From NCBI GenBank assembly GCA_964187785.1, contig OZ076409.1, positions 73,100,001 to 73,164,000 on the forward strand: a DNA stretch of 64,000 bases, read 5' to 3'. The notes beneath the pieces were generated by a model. That model was not told the DNA's origin. It did not search any database and saw only the letters and a program-made list of their open reading frames with translations. Below, piece after piece: positions 23,201 to 37,800 of the stretch. The DNA comes from Amphiscolops sp. MND2022 (taxonomy: Eukaryota). The translations under genes were made by a program, and so were the position numbers. The stretch's first letter is position 1, and every line of letters begins with the position of its first letter.

Positions 23201-26200
23201 AACGGTCCAGCTTATCTTTGCCATTTTTTCGAAAATGCACTCGCCTAAAGGCCTCCCCTGGCCGGTTTTATTCCCAACAAAACCATTTGGCCCTAAATAC
23301 GGAGTTTCAGCGTTCCAGCATTCCCGGGCGAAAAGTTGTGGGACTTAGAAAAGTTCAAAAATTTTCAAAAAAAAATTTTTCCGTTATTTGGGCCCTCAAA
23401 GTGGGGGAAAAGACCCCCCAACCAGTAAAGCAAGTGAATGCATGTGGAAAGCCCTTGTTTAGACGAGAAAAATGCCGTCTAGAACGTCTTTTTATCTTAA
23501 CTTGACATTGACTTTTGTCGTTTTGAAGGTGACCGTTAGATACGGAAAATTGATGTTTTGAGTATTTATCCCATCTGAAAGCCATTGAGATACAACATGT
23601 TTTGCTCAAAACGTGTTTCATTGCAGTTTCGCTGTCCATTATCACCCTTTGGTGTCTTTTCACGTAATTTTCGTTTCTATAATAACAATTTTTTTGTGTA
23701 TTTATTCATTTTATTCTCATCAAATAACTTGAAACAGTTGAGTACATTCCATCTCCCTTCCCGGGGGAGATGAGAATGTACTCGCTAAAGGTCAGGAACT
23801 ACGGTCTATATCTTCCACAACACAAAAGGGATTGCAAATGGTTTCAGTTTGTCGCAGAAAACTTCTTTTTGCCCTCTGTGACTCGACAAAATGAACGTTT
23901 CTTACTTACTTTGAAACTCAGCATACCACAACTCATCTCTAACGTCAGCGCCCCCCTACTTGCATCAACGCCCACCGTCCGTGGGCATGCCGAGGCATGC
24001 CCTTCGACGACGTATACCAAGATATACCTGGAGCGCGGTAGCCGCTAGGTGCCGGGATTTCTATTCGTTCGAGTAAGTGGCGCGTGTGGGTAGGGCCCCT
24101 GGCGCGCTCTTGTGTTTCGGGTTTTCCTACTCCTAAACCGCGTTCAGATTTTCGGGATCTCGTAAACTAGCCATACGATTTGGCTGAAATTTGGCACACG
24201 TACCCCCCTCGGCACGGTGAAGATGATTCCCTACTGACGTTTTGCCCGCTAAACATTTTTTGTTGACCAAAATAACGGTTTTTGGTGGAAAATTTTCAAC
24301 TTTTTTTAAATTTCATCTTATATCTCGCCCCAGGTTTACGCTAGCGCTTCAAAACCTTGCTGACGAAACTTCGCAAACTGTCTCAGGAATGCGGTGTGAA
24401 ATTTTCAGCTCAATCGAACTTAAACTCGGGGAGATATAGCGTTTTTCCGGAGCGGGGGGGTTTCATTTTTCTAACGGTTCAGCTTATCTTTGCCATTTTT
24501 TCGAAAATGTACTCGCCTAAAGGCCTCCCCTGGCCGGTTTTACTCCCAAAAAAACCATTTGGCCCAAAATACGGAGTTTCAGCGTTCTAGCATTCCGGGG
24601 CGAAAAGTTGTGGGACTTAGTAAATTTCAAAAATTTTCAAAAATTTTTTTTTCGTTATTTGGGCCCCCAAAGTGGGGGAAAAGACCCCCCAACCAGTAAT
24701 TTGAGTGAATTCATGTGGAAAGGCCATGTTTAGCGGAGAAAAATGCCGTTTAGATCGTCTTTTTATTTTAACCTGTTGTTGACTTATGTTGTTTTGAAGG
24801 TGATGTTTGGATGTGTGAAGCATGTGAAAATGTAATTTTTTGTGTCTTTATCTCTTCTAAAAGCCATTGAGATGCAATCTGTTTTGCTCAAAACGTAATT
24901 CAATGCAATTTGGCAGTCAATGAACACAATTTGGTGTCTTTTGACATATTTTTCTGTTGATATAATAAAAAATTTTGTGTCTTTATTCATATTTTTTAAA
25001 TGAAATAACTTGAAACAGTTGAGTACATTCCATCCCCCCTTCCGGGGGAGATGGAAATGTACTCGCTAAAAGCCGCGAACAAGAGCCCAAACCTTCCTGC
25101 GCTACGCAGTATAAAGATTGCATGTTGGTTCCGACTTTTTGGTAGTGTTATATCTTGGTAATTTGACTGAATATGGAGAAAAATCAGCACGTGCTCTTTT
25201 ATAGCAAGTTGCTGACAACGACAATTTTTTTTTATCAACGCCCCCATATTTATCAACGCCCCCCGTCCGTGGGCATGCCGAGGCATGCCCTTCGACGACG
25301 TGCACCAAGATATACCCCAAGCGCGTTAGCCTAGGTGCCGGGATTTTCTATTCGACAAGTTTGCGCGCCTTGGGGAGGGTCCCTTTGCGCGCTTTAAGAT
25401 CCAGGTGTTTCCAACTCCTAAACGGGCATGTGATTTCGACGATCTCCTAAACTAGCCATACGATTTGGCTGAAATTTGGCACACGTACCCCCCTCGGCAC
25501 GGTGAAGATGATTCCCTACTGACGTTTTTCCCGCTAAACATTTTTTGTTGACCAAAATAACGGTTTTTGGGGTAAAATTTTCAACTTTTTTTAAATTTCA
25601 TCTTATATCTCGCCACGGGTACACGCTAGCGCTTCCAAACCTTGCTGACGAAAGTTTGCAAACTGTCTCAGGAATGCTGTGTGAAATTTTCAGCTCAATC
25701 GGACTCAAACTCGGGGAGATATAGCGTTTTTCCGGAGCGGGGGGGTTTCATTTTTCTAACGGTCCAGCTTATCTTTGCCATTTTTTCGAAAATGCACTCG
25801 CCTAAAGGCCTCCCCTGGCCGGTTTTATTCCCAGCAAAACCATTTGGCCCTAAATACGGAGTTTCAGCGTTCAAGCATTCCTGGGCGAAAAGTTGTGGGA
25901 CTTAGAAAAGTTCAAAAATTTTCAAAAAATTTTTTTTTCCGTTATTTGGGCCCCCAAAGTGGGGGAAAAGACCCCCCAACCAGTAAGGCAAGTGAATGCA
26001 TGTGCAAAGCCCTTGTTTAGACGAGAAAAATGCCGTTTAGAACGTCTTTTTATCTTAACTTGACATTGACTTTTGTCGTTTTGAAGGTGACCGTTAGATA
26101 CGGAAAATTGATGTTTTGAGTATTTATCCCATCTGAAAGCCATTGAGATACAACATGTTTTGCTCAAAACGTGTTTCATTGCAGTTTCGCTGTCCATTAT

Positions 26201-27893
26201 CACCCTTTGGTGTCTTTTCACTTATTTTTCGTTTCTATAATAACAATTTTTTTGTGTATTTATTCATTTTTTTCTCATCAAATAACTTGAAACAGTTGAG
26301 TACATTCCATCTCCCTTCCCGGGGGAGATGAGAATGTACTCGCTAAAGGTCAGGAACTACGGTCTATATCTTCCACAACACAAAAGGGATTGCAAATGGT
26401 TTCAGTTTGTCGCAGAAAACTTCTTTTTGCCCTCTGTGACTCGACAAAATGAACGTTTCTTACTTACTTTGAAACTCAGCATACCACAACTCATCTCTAA
26501 CGTCAGCGCCCCCCTACTTGCATCAACGCCCACCGTCCGTGGGCATGCCGAGGCATGCCCTTCGACGACGTATAGCAAGATATACCTGGAGCGCGGTAGC
26601 CGCTAGGTGCCGGGATTTCTATTCGATAAAGTATGTGGCGCGCCTTGGGTAGGGTCCCTTGCGCGCTCTTGGGTATGGTGTTCACCAGCTAGGAAACAGG
26701 GGTCGATTTTTCGGGATCTCCTAAACTAGCCACACGATTTGGCTGAAATTTGGCACACGTACTCCCCTCGGCACGGTGAAGATGATTTCCTACTGACGTT
26801 TTTCCCGCAAAATTTTTTTTGTTGTCCAAAATAACGGTTTTTGGGGTAAAATTTTGAATTTTTTTTAAATTTTATCTTATATCTCGCCACCGGTTTACGC
26901 TAGCGCTTCAAAACCCTGCTAAAGAAAGCTTGCAAACTGTCTCAGGAATGCGGTGTGAAATTTTCAGCTCAATCGATCTTAAACTCGGGGAGATATAGCG
27001 TTTTTCCGGAGCGGGGGGGTTTCATTTTTCTAACGGTCCAGCTTATCTTTGCCATTTTTTCGAAAATGCACTCGCCTAAAGGCCTCCCCTGGCCGGTTTT
27101 ATTCCCAGCAAAACCATTTGGCCCTAAATACGGAGTTTCAGCGTTCCAGCATTCCCGGGCGAAAAGTTGTGGGACTTAGAAAAGTTCAAAAATTTTCAAA
27201 AAATTTTTTTTCCGTTTTCCGCCCTCCCCCCCGAGGGGAAAAGACCCCCCAACCAGTAATTTGAGTGAATTCATGTGGAAAGGCCATGTTTAGAGGAGAA
27301 AAATACCGTTTAGATCGTCTTTTTATCTTTATTCAACATTGACTTATGACGTTTTGAAGGTGATGTTTGGAGGTGTGAAGCACGTGAAAACTAAACGTTA
27401 TGAGTATTCATCTGATCTGAAAGCCATTGAGATGCAACCTGTTTTGCTCAAAACGTAATTCATATCAGTTTGGTAGTCAATCAACACCCTTTGTTGTCAT
27501 TTGACATCTTTTTTTGTTGATATAAGAAAAAATTTCGTGTATTTATTCATTTTTTTCTCATCAAATAACTTGAAACAGTTGAGTACATTCCATCCCCCCT
27601 TCACGGGGGAGATGAGAATGTACTCGCAGAAAGCCCCGAACTACGGCCCTTACCTTCCTGAGCTACGCAGTATAAAGATTGCATATTGGTTCCGTCATTT
27701 TGATAGAGTTATATCTTGGTAATCTGTCTGGGTATGCAGAAAACCATCACGTGCTTTTTTATACCAAGTTGCTCACAACGACATTTATTTTATATCAACG
27801 CCCCCATATTTATCAACGCCCCCCGTCCGTGGGCATGCCGAGGCATGCCCTTCGACGACGTATACCAAGATATGTTCGAGCGCGTTAGCCTAG
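20244..27893. repeat. Six tandem S-family units of several subfamilies
   Basis: Units 20244-21488 (1245 bp, internal deletion), 21489-22775 (divergent), 22776-24048, 24049-25334, 25335-26606 and 26607-27893. Confidence 0.93.
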
Positions 27894-30800
27894 GTGCGGG
27901 GGGGTAACCCCAACAAAGATATTGGAGGATTCGGGTAGGGTCCTGAATCCGATCTTAGTACCGCCAGCTATCAGTAGAAAATTTCCCTCAAAAACCGGGA
28001 TCTCGGGAACTAACCGTAGGATTTGAAAGTTGGAGCGGCCCCCACCAGATTTTCCCGAATAGATCGCCCCCCACCGGGCTCCATACCCCGGAAAATTTTT
28101 TTTTGGCCACACGGGCGACAGTTAGGGGGTCATTTTAGGGGTAAAATTCATATTGGTCCATATAACTTTTTTCCTGTTGGTTTAAAAGTTTGGGAACCCT
28201 TCTAAAGGTTTTTCGACCATGTTGCAAGGGCTCCGGAGGTGCAAACCAAATTTTTCTATCTTGAAGCTATCTCCAAGTACCCCCCCGCTCAAACCGTTAT
28301 TTTTCCGGAAACGCAGGTTTTTGACCCGGAAGGAGTCGTCTGAGCGCGGGGTCGTTAGGTGATGTTTTGGGGACGGCCTTGAGACAAAGTGGGGGACAAG
28401 TAGTTTGCCAACCTCAATTTACCCCCCGGACGGGAAATGACCGTTATATGAGCGTGAAAAATGCCCCCCTCCACGTTTTACCGCTATTTCCGGTGTGAAG
28501 GTGTGGGAGTAGCGCGTCGGGTGCCATATATCAAAAGTAGGTTTAAACAAGGAACTATCGGAAACATGTGGTTTGGGACCCCCTGGACCAACCCGTTAGC
28601 GGGAAATGGGGCTTCCGCCTCGTTTTTTTACTGCTAAAACCGTAAAATGGGCATTGAGGGGTAAACATCTCGTGAACGCGTGGAGCAATCGTGTCCATCA
28701 CTACTACAAGGTTTCATACCCATGATATGGTGCCTTCAGGGGGGCAAACAGGTTTCCGCTATCTATCGCCGTTACCGACTTGGCCCCCCAGCCTAACCGC
28801 TATGTGACCGGAAATGTCACTTTTTGAGCCCAAAGGGTCGGTCCCAGCCAGGGAACGTTAGATAACTTATTGTAGTACTCATTGAGACGAGTTGGGGGAC
28901 ATAGTTTCAGTCACCCCCGTTACCCCTTGGGACCGGAAATGACCGTTATGTGGGTAAAATGGCAATTTTTATACTTTTTCAAGTGTATTTAGGTGCGGAA
29001 GGAGTGGTAATAGGTGCTTGGACACTATATGAAGGAAGGGAGGACGTGAGGCGAGCATTCGAAAATAACCGTTATGTTGACCCCGAAGTCCCCCTGGTAC
29101 CGGAAGTGACCCGTAATGGTCAAATTTCGTGTTTTTAGGGTACAAATGTTTGGTGTTTTATGGGTAACAGCTCCTATTAGGTGTTTCAACGGTCTGCAGT
29201 CGTGAACGTGGTCATGAAACCTTGTGGGGGTAACGGGTTATAGCACCGGAAGTCCAAACCGTTGGAGACAGGATAAGTTTTTTGGTTTTAAAATGTCTTT
29301 AGGCGAAGTTTTGTGGGTTGAATGGTCTTAATATCAACTATTTTGGATGTTTTTTTGACATTAAAGGTTTTTCAAATAGTTCCAGGGACCTACAATGCTT
29401 CAATCAACATAACCGTTACCTTTTGATAGCCTTTCAAGTTGGCCTGGTGTCAACTTGGAAGGGCTATCCTTCAGAAATCGTAAATCAAGTGTGTTTTTGA
29501 GTACGTTTTTATTATTTTAGTATCAATTACAGCCTAATCATTAGTTTGCCAACCATAAAAACTATGTCGTGATGATACCGTTAGTAGAAGAATAGTTAAC
29601 AACATGTTGACAAAGTTGATTTTTTGCATTTTAAATGTTTCCTAAATGCCAGGAAAACAATTTACCTAATGAATGGTACTGATTGAACCCAAGTACCAGC
29701 TGAAAAAAAGTTGAACATTATTATTTCGTTTCATTATGCAAGCTGAAACCTCACGTTTTAGTTTAATTAACGTCAACGCCACATACTTTACATCATCGCC
29801 CACCGTCTGTGGGCATGCCGAGGCATGCCCTTCGACGACGTATACCAAACACCAATATATCTACACCCAATTGCGGTAGCAGCTAGGTGCGGGGGGGAAA
29901 CCCCAACAAAATTTTTGGAGGATTCGGGTAGGGTCCTGAATCCGAGTTCAGTGCTGCCAGCTTTCGTTAAGAAAATTTGGATAGGATTCGGGATCTCGTG
30001 ATCTAACCATAGGATTTTAAAGTTGGAGCGGCCCCCACCAGATTTTCCGAAAATTAGCGCCCCCCACCGGGTTCCATACCCCGGAAAATTTTTTTCTGGC
30101 CACACGGGCGACCGTTAGGGGGTCATTTTAGGGGTAAAATTCATATTGGGCCACATAACTTTTTTTCTGTTGATTTAAAACTTTGGGACCCTGCTAAAAG
30201 TTTCTTGACCGTGTTGCAAGGGCTCCGGAGGTCCAAACCAAATTTTTCTAGCTTGAAGCTATCTCCAAGTACCCCCCCGCCCAAAACGTTATTTTTCCGG
30301 AAACGCAGGTTTTTGACCCGGAAGGAGTCGTCTGAGCGCGGGGTCGTTAGGTGATGTTTTGGGGACGGCCTTGAGACGAAGTGGGGGACATGTAGTTTGT
30401 CAACCTCAGTTTACCCCCCGGACAGGAAATGACCGTTATATGAGCGGGAAAATTGCCCCCCTCCACGTTTTACCGCTATTTCCGGTGTGAAGGAGTGGGA
30501 GTAGCGCGTCGGGTGCCATATATCAAAAGTAGGTTCAGACAAGGACCTATCGGAAACATGTGGTTTGGGACCCCCTGGACCAACCCGTTAGCGGGAAATG
30601 GGGCTTCCGCCTCCTTTTTTTACGGTTAAAAACGGAAAATGGGCATTGAGGGGTAAATATCTCGTGAACGCGTGGAGCTAAGGTGTCCTTCACTACTACA
30701 AGGTTTCATACCAATGATATGGTGCCTTCAGGGGGGCAAACAGATTTCCGCTATCTATCACCGTTACGGACTTGGCCCCCCAGCCTAACCGTTAAGTGAC

Positions 30801-31857
30801 CGGAAATGTCATATTTTGAGCCCAAAGGGTCGGTCTCAGCCAGGGAACGTTAGGTAACTTATTGTAGTACTCATTGAGACGAGTTGGGGGACATAGTTTC
30901 AGTCACCCCCCGTTACCCCTTAGGACCGGAAATGACCGTTATGTGAGTAAAATTGCCATTTTTGTCCTATTTGAAGGGCATTTAGATGCGGAAGGAGTGG
31001 TAATAGGTGCTTGGACACTATATTAGGTAAGGGAGGACGTAAGGCAAGCATTCGGACATAACCGTTATGTTGACCCTAAAGTCCCCTTGGTACCGTAAAC
31101 GACCGGAAATGGTCAAATTTTGTGTCTATTGGGTACAAATGTTTGGTATTTTGTAAATAAAAGTATCTATTAGGTGTTTCGACGGCCTGCAGTAGTGAAC
31201 ATAGTCATGGAACCTTGTGGGGGGTAACGGTATATAGCACCGGAAGTCCAAACCGTTGGAGACAGGATAGGTTTTTTGGTCTTAAAACGTCTTTAGGCGT
31301 ACTTTTGTCGACTATTATGGACTATTTTTAAAAATTAAAGTTTTTCCATATAGTTTCAGAGACTCCGAAACCTCAACCAACATAACCGTTACCTTATGAT
31401 AGCCTTTCAAGTTGGCCTGGTGTCAACTTGGAAGGGCTATCCTTCAAAAATCGTTAATCAAGTGTGTTTTTGGGTATGTTTTAATCATTTTAGAATCAAT
31501 TAGAGCTTAATCATTAGTTTGCCAACGACAAAAACCATGTCGTGATGATTCCGTTAGTAGAAGAATAGTTAACAACTTGTTGACAAAGTTGATTTTTTGC
31601 ATTTAAAATGTTTCCTAAATGCCAGGAAAACGATTTACGTTATAAATGGTACTGACTGACCCAAATAACAGTTAAAAAAAGTTAAACATTATTTTTTCGT
31701 TTCATTATAGAAGCTGAAACCTCACGTTTTAACTTAATTAACGTCAACGCCACATACTTTACATCAACGCCCACCGTCTGTGGGCATGCCGAGGCATGCC
31801 CTTCGACGACGTATACCAAAATCCAATATATCTACACCCACCCGCGGTAGCAGCTAG
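27894..31857. repeat. Two tandem L-family units
   Basis: Units 27894-29886 (1993 bp) and 29887-31857 (1971 bp) are colinear with the other L units and visibly more diverged. Confidence 0.93.
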
Positions 31858-34800
31858 GTGCCGGGATTTCTATTCGATAAAGTATGTGGCGCGCCTTGGG
31901 TAGGGTCCCTTGCGCGCTCTTGGGTATGGTGTTCACCAGCTAGGAAATAGGGGTCGATTTTTCGGGATCTCCTAAACTAGCCACACGATTTGGCTGAAAT
32001 TTGGCACACGTACTCCCCTCGGCATGGTGAAGATGATTTCCTACTAGCGTTTTGCTCGCAAAATTTTTTTTGTTGTCCAAAATAACGGTTTTTGGTGGAA
32101 AATTTTGAACTTTTTTTAAATTTCATCTTATATCTCGCCACGGGTTTACGCTAGCGCTTCAAAACCCTGCTAAAGAAAGCTTGCAAACTGTCTCAGCAAT
32201 GCGGTGTGAAATTTTCAGCACAATCGGACTTAAACTCAAGGAGATATAGCGTTTTTCCGGAGCGGGGGGGTTTCATTTTTCTAACGGTCCAGCTTATCTT
32301 AGCCATTTTTTCGAAAATGTACTTGCCTAAAGACCTCCCCTGGCCGGTTTTATTCCCAGCAAAACCATTTGGCCCTAAATACGGAGTTTCAGCGTTCCAG
32401 CATTCCCGGGCGAAAAGTTGTGTGACTTAGAAAAATTCAAAAATTTTGAAATTTTTTTTTTCGGTTTTCCGCCCTCCCCCCCGAGGGGAAAAGACCCCCC
32501 AACCAGTAATTTGAGTGAATTCATGTGGAAAGGCCATGTTTAGAGGAGAAAAATCCCGTTTAAATCGTCTTTTTATCTTTATTCAACGTTGACTTATGAC
32601 GTTTTGAAGGTGATGTTTGGAAGGTGTGAAGCACGTGAAAAGTAAACGTTATGAGTATTTATCTGATCTAAAAGCCATTGAGATGCAATCTGTTTTGCTC
32701 AAAACGTAATTCATATCCGTTTGGTAGTCAATCAACACCCTTTGTTGTCATTTGACATCTTTTTTTGTTGATATAAGAAAAAATTTTGTGTATTTATTAA
32801 TTTTTTTCTCATCAAATAACTTGAAACAGTTGAGTACATTCCATCCCCCCTTCACGGGGGAGATGAGAATGTACTCGCAAAAAGCCCCAAACTACGGCCC
32901 TTACCTTCCTGAGCTACGCAGTATAAAGATTGCATATTGGTTCCGACATTTTGATAGAGTTATATCTTGGTAATCTGTCTGGGTATGCAGAAAAACCAGC
33001 ACGTGCTTTTTTATACCAAGTTGCTCACAACGACATTTATTTTATATCAACGCCCCCATATTTATCAACGCCCCCCGTCCGTGGGCATGCCGAGGCATGC
33101 CCTTCGACGACGTATACCAAGATATGTTCGAGCGCGTTAGCCTAGGTGCCGGTGTATTTTTACACAATGGGGGATGTTGCGCGTGTGGGGAGGGTCCCTG
33201 ACGCGCTTCCGTGGTTTCGGGTCTTCTAACCTATGATAGCGTGACACCTGACTTCGATCTCGTAAACTAGCCGTACGATTTGGCTGAAATTTGGCACACG
33301 TACCCCCCTCGGCACGGTGAAGATGATTTCCTACTGACGTTTTTCCCGCTAAACATTTTTTGTTGACCAAAATAACGGTTTTTGGGGTAAAATTTTCAAC
33401 TTTTTTTAAATTTCATCTTATATCTCGCCACGGGTACACGCTAGCGCTTCCAAACCTTGCTGACGAAACCTTGCAAACTGTCTCAGGAATGCTGTGTGAA
33501 ATTTTCAGCTCAATCGGACCTAAACTCGGGGAGATATAGCGTTTTTCCGGAGCGGGGGGGTTTCATTTTTCTAACGGTCCAGCTTATCTTTGCCATTTTT
33601 TCAAAAATGCACTCGCCTAAAGGCCTCCCCTGGCCGGTTTTATTCCCAACAAAACCATTTGGCCCTAAATACGGAGTTTCAGCGTTCCAGCATTCCCGGG
33701 CGAAAAGTTGTGGGACTTAGAAAAGTTCAAAAATTTTCAAAAAAATTTTTTTCCGTTATTTGGGCCCTCAAAGTGGGGGAAAAGACCCCCAACCAGTAAA
33801 GCAAGTGAATGCATGTGGAAAGCCCTTGTTTAGACGAGAAAAATGCCGTTTAGAACGTCTTTTTATCTTAACTTGACATTGACTTTTGTCGTTTTGAAGG
33901 TGACCGTTAGATACGGAAAATTGATGTTTTGAGTATTTATCCCATCTGAAAGCCATTGAGATACAACATGTTTTGCTCAAAACGTGTTTCATTGCAGTTT
34001 CGCTGTCCATTATCACCCTTTGGTGTCTTTTCACGTAATTTTCGTTTCTATAATAACAATTTTTTTGTGTATTTATTCATTTTTTTCTCATCAAATAACT
34101 TGAAACAGTTGAGTACATTCCATCTCCCTTCCCGGGGGAGATGAGAATGTACTCGCTAAAGGTCAGGAACAACGGTCTATATCTTCCACAACACAGAAGG
34201 GATTGCAAATGGTTTCAGTTTGTCGCAGAAAACTTCTTTTTGCCCTCTGTGACTCGACAAAATGAACGTTTCTTACTTACTTTGAAACTCAGCATACCAC
34301 AACTCATCTCTAACGTCAGCGCCCCCCTACTTGCATCAACGCCCACCGTCCGTGGGCATGCCGAGGCATGCCCTTCGACGACGTATACCAAGATATACCT
34401 GGAGCGCGGTAGCCGCTAGGTGGCCGGAAATTTTTTTTTCAGCAAAATCTTTGCCATTGGGGGAGGGGCCCCGGATGGCCAGTAGTACGGGATAGCTTCC
34501 TACCAAATCCAGATGGAAAAAACGTGATTTTGGAAACTAGCCGTCAGAATTTGCTCAAATTTTGCATACGGCTTCCTATAACAATCCTAAGAACTAATCC
34601 CTACTGGCATTTTGCCCAAAAAACGCAAAAAGTTGGTCAAAATCTTAGTTTTTTGGTCAAAAAATGGCGTTTTTTCGAAAAAAAATTTTTTCAGAGACAA
34701 TTACTCGGAACTGGTTCACCTAGCGCAAAAACGCCTAGCTGATTTATTGTTGGGCACTTCATGAGGAGTGTGTATACAAATTTTCGTCCAAATCGGATAA

Positions 34801-37800
34801 AAGTTGATTGAGAAATAACTGAAAATTTGAGGCATTTTTTTGGAAATTTTTGAAATCCCAGTCTATCTCTGCCGTTTTTTGCCCAGATTTTTTTCCAGAC
34901 ACTTTCCTAAAGACCTCCCCTGGCCGGTTTACCTCCCAGCAAAACCATTTGGCCCTAAATACGGAGTTTCAGCATTCCAGCAAACCCCGGGTAAAAGATA
35001 AATGACTTAGAATTTTTTCGAAAATTTTTCAAAAAATTTTTTTTTCAAATTCAGGCCTCCTAAAGTCAAGAAAGTTCCACACAACTAGGATTGCAAGTGA
35101 TAGCATGTGGAAAGTGCTTGAATAGACGAGAAAAATGAGCTTATATACGACTCTGTAGCTTAACTTGACGTTGACTTATGATAATTTTAGTGTGAGCTTC
35201 GTATGTGCTGAAAAAATCAAAGAAACCTAAAAGTCTTTTAAAAGTAATCAGAATACGTCCAATGAACCACAGAGCTGTTAAATTGCCGTTGTGCAGTAGA
35301 GCAACACCATTTAGAGTATTTTGACCCATTTTGATAAGTTTTGATACCGTCTTGTTCTTCTGATAGCACAAAACAGTTGAGTACATTCCATCTCCCCCCT
35401 TGTGGGGGAGATGAGAATGTACTCGCTAAAAGTCAGGTACTATAGCACCCATTTTGTTTTATTCGACGCTAGCGATGCTATTGCACACGAATACAATAGT
35501 TTTGTCAAATAATGTTTAACATGATGAATCTTACTATACCTTTAGTGTACGTTAACCTACTACTACAACATCGCATCCGTAACGTCAACGCCACATACTC
35601 GCTTCAGCGCCCACCGTCCGTGGGCATGCCGAGGCATGCCCTTCGACGACGTATGCCAAATAGCGCCACACGGCGCAAACATTCCCGCTAGGTGCCGGGA
35701 TTTCTATTCGATAAGGAATTTTGCGCGGTTGGGTAGGGCCCCGTGAGCGCGCCAGGGGATAGTGTTAGAACAACAAGGATTTGGGCATCAGTTGGGAGCG
35801 ATTTTCTAAACTATCCGTACGATTTGGCTGAAATTTGGCATGAAGCTTCCTTGGAACATTCTAAGAACAAATCCCTACTGGCGTTTTGCTGGGAAAAATC
35901 AAAAAGTTGGTCAAAAATGCGATTTTCCGACGAAATTTTCGGGTACTTTTTTTTTGAAACGTTATATCTCGCCACAGGGTTACGCTAGCGCTTCGCAACC
36001 TATGATCGTGTTTTGTAGGGCGTTGTCTGTAGAACACGTATGCCAAATTTCGTGGCGATCGGACTTGAACTCAGCGAGTTAGAGCGATTTTTTCGGTGAA
36101 TTTTTTGACATTTTTTGCATTTGCCGATTTATCTCTGCCGTTTTTGCCCAGATTTTTTTTGAGACACTCTCCTAAAGACCCCCCCTGGCCGGTTTACCTC
36201 CCAGCAAAACCATTTGGCCCTAAATACGAAGTTTCAGCGTTCAAGCAATCCCGGGCGAAAAGTTATGGGACTTAGAAAATTTTTTCGAAAACGCAAAATG
36301 TGTAAAGTCAACTTCAGGCCTCCCAAAGTCAAGGAACTTCCACACAACTAGTATTGCAAGTGAATGCATGTGGAAAGTACTGGAATGGACGAGGAAAATG
36401 AGCTATAGAACGTCTCTGTATCTTAACCTGACGTTGACTTATGGTGTTTTGAAAGTGGGCTTCCTGAGGGGTCTGAAAAGCAAAAATTAAAAATGGAAAC
36501 TAAGTCTTATTGAAAACTCACCGGATTCCGTGCAATCGACCCCAGAACGTGCTCAATTGTAGTTTCCTAATCTATCAACGCCATTCAAGGTCTTTTGACT
36601 AATGTTGAAAAAATTGATACCGTATTATTCATCCGAGAGCACGAAACAGTTGAGTACATTCCATCTCCCTTTCGGGGGAGATGAGAATGTACTCGCTATA
36701 GTCCAGGTACTACAGCCCTTTTTTTTATGCGGCGCTCTTTATACTAGTGTGTAGACGTATTAATCTTTTAACTGAATTTTCTTTTGTCTACACTTTGAGT
36801 TTGACTTGACATATACTGAAAGTTTTCGTCCTTACAACACACACATGACTTACGTCAACGCCCCATCCTTGCATCAACGCCCATCGTCCGTGGGCATGCC
36901 GAGGCATGCCCTTCGACGACCCGCACCAAAATATACGTCGAGCGCGTTAGCCTAGGTGCCGGTGTATTTTTACACAATGGGGGAAGTTGCGCGTGTGGGG
37001 AGGGTCCCTGACGCGCTCCCGGGATTTCGGATTTTTTAACCTTTACGTACCCATCAAAAATTTTGGGATCTCGAAAACTAGCCGTACGATTTGGCTGAAA
37101 TTTGGCACACGTACCCCCCTCGGCACGGTGAAGATGATTCCCTACTGACGTTTTGCTCGCTAAACATTTTTTGTTGACCAAAATAACGGTTTTTGGGGTA
37201 AAATTTTCAACTTTTTTTAAATTTCATCTTATATCTCGCCACGGGTACACGCTAGCGCTTCCAAACCTCGCTGACGAAAGTTTGCAAACTGTCTCAGGAA
37301 TGCTGTGTGAAATTTTCAGCTCAATCGGACTCAAACTCGAGGAGATATAGCGTTTTTCCGGAGCGGGGGGGTTTCATTTTTCTAACGGTCCAGCTTATCT
37401 TTGCCATTTTTTCGAAAATGTACTCGTCTAAAGGCCTCCCCTGGCCGGTTTTATTCCCAGCAAAACCCTTTGGCCCTAAATACGGAGTTTCAGCGTTCTA
37501 GCATTCCCGGGCGAAAAGTTGTGGGACTTAGAAAATTTCAAAAAGTTTCAAAAAATTTTTTTTCCGTTATTTGGGCCCCCAAAGTGGGGGAAAAGACCCC
37601 CCAACCAGTAAAGCAAGTGAATGCATGTGCAAAGCCCTTGTTTAGAGGAGAAAAATGCCGTTTAGAACGTCTTTTTATCTTGGCTCAACGTTGACTTATG
37701 ACGGTTTGAAGGTGATGTTTGGAGGTGTAAAGCACGTGAATAGTAAACGTTATGAGTATTTGTCTGATCTGAAAGCCATTGAGATGCAATATGGTTTGCT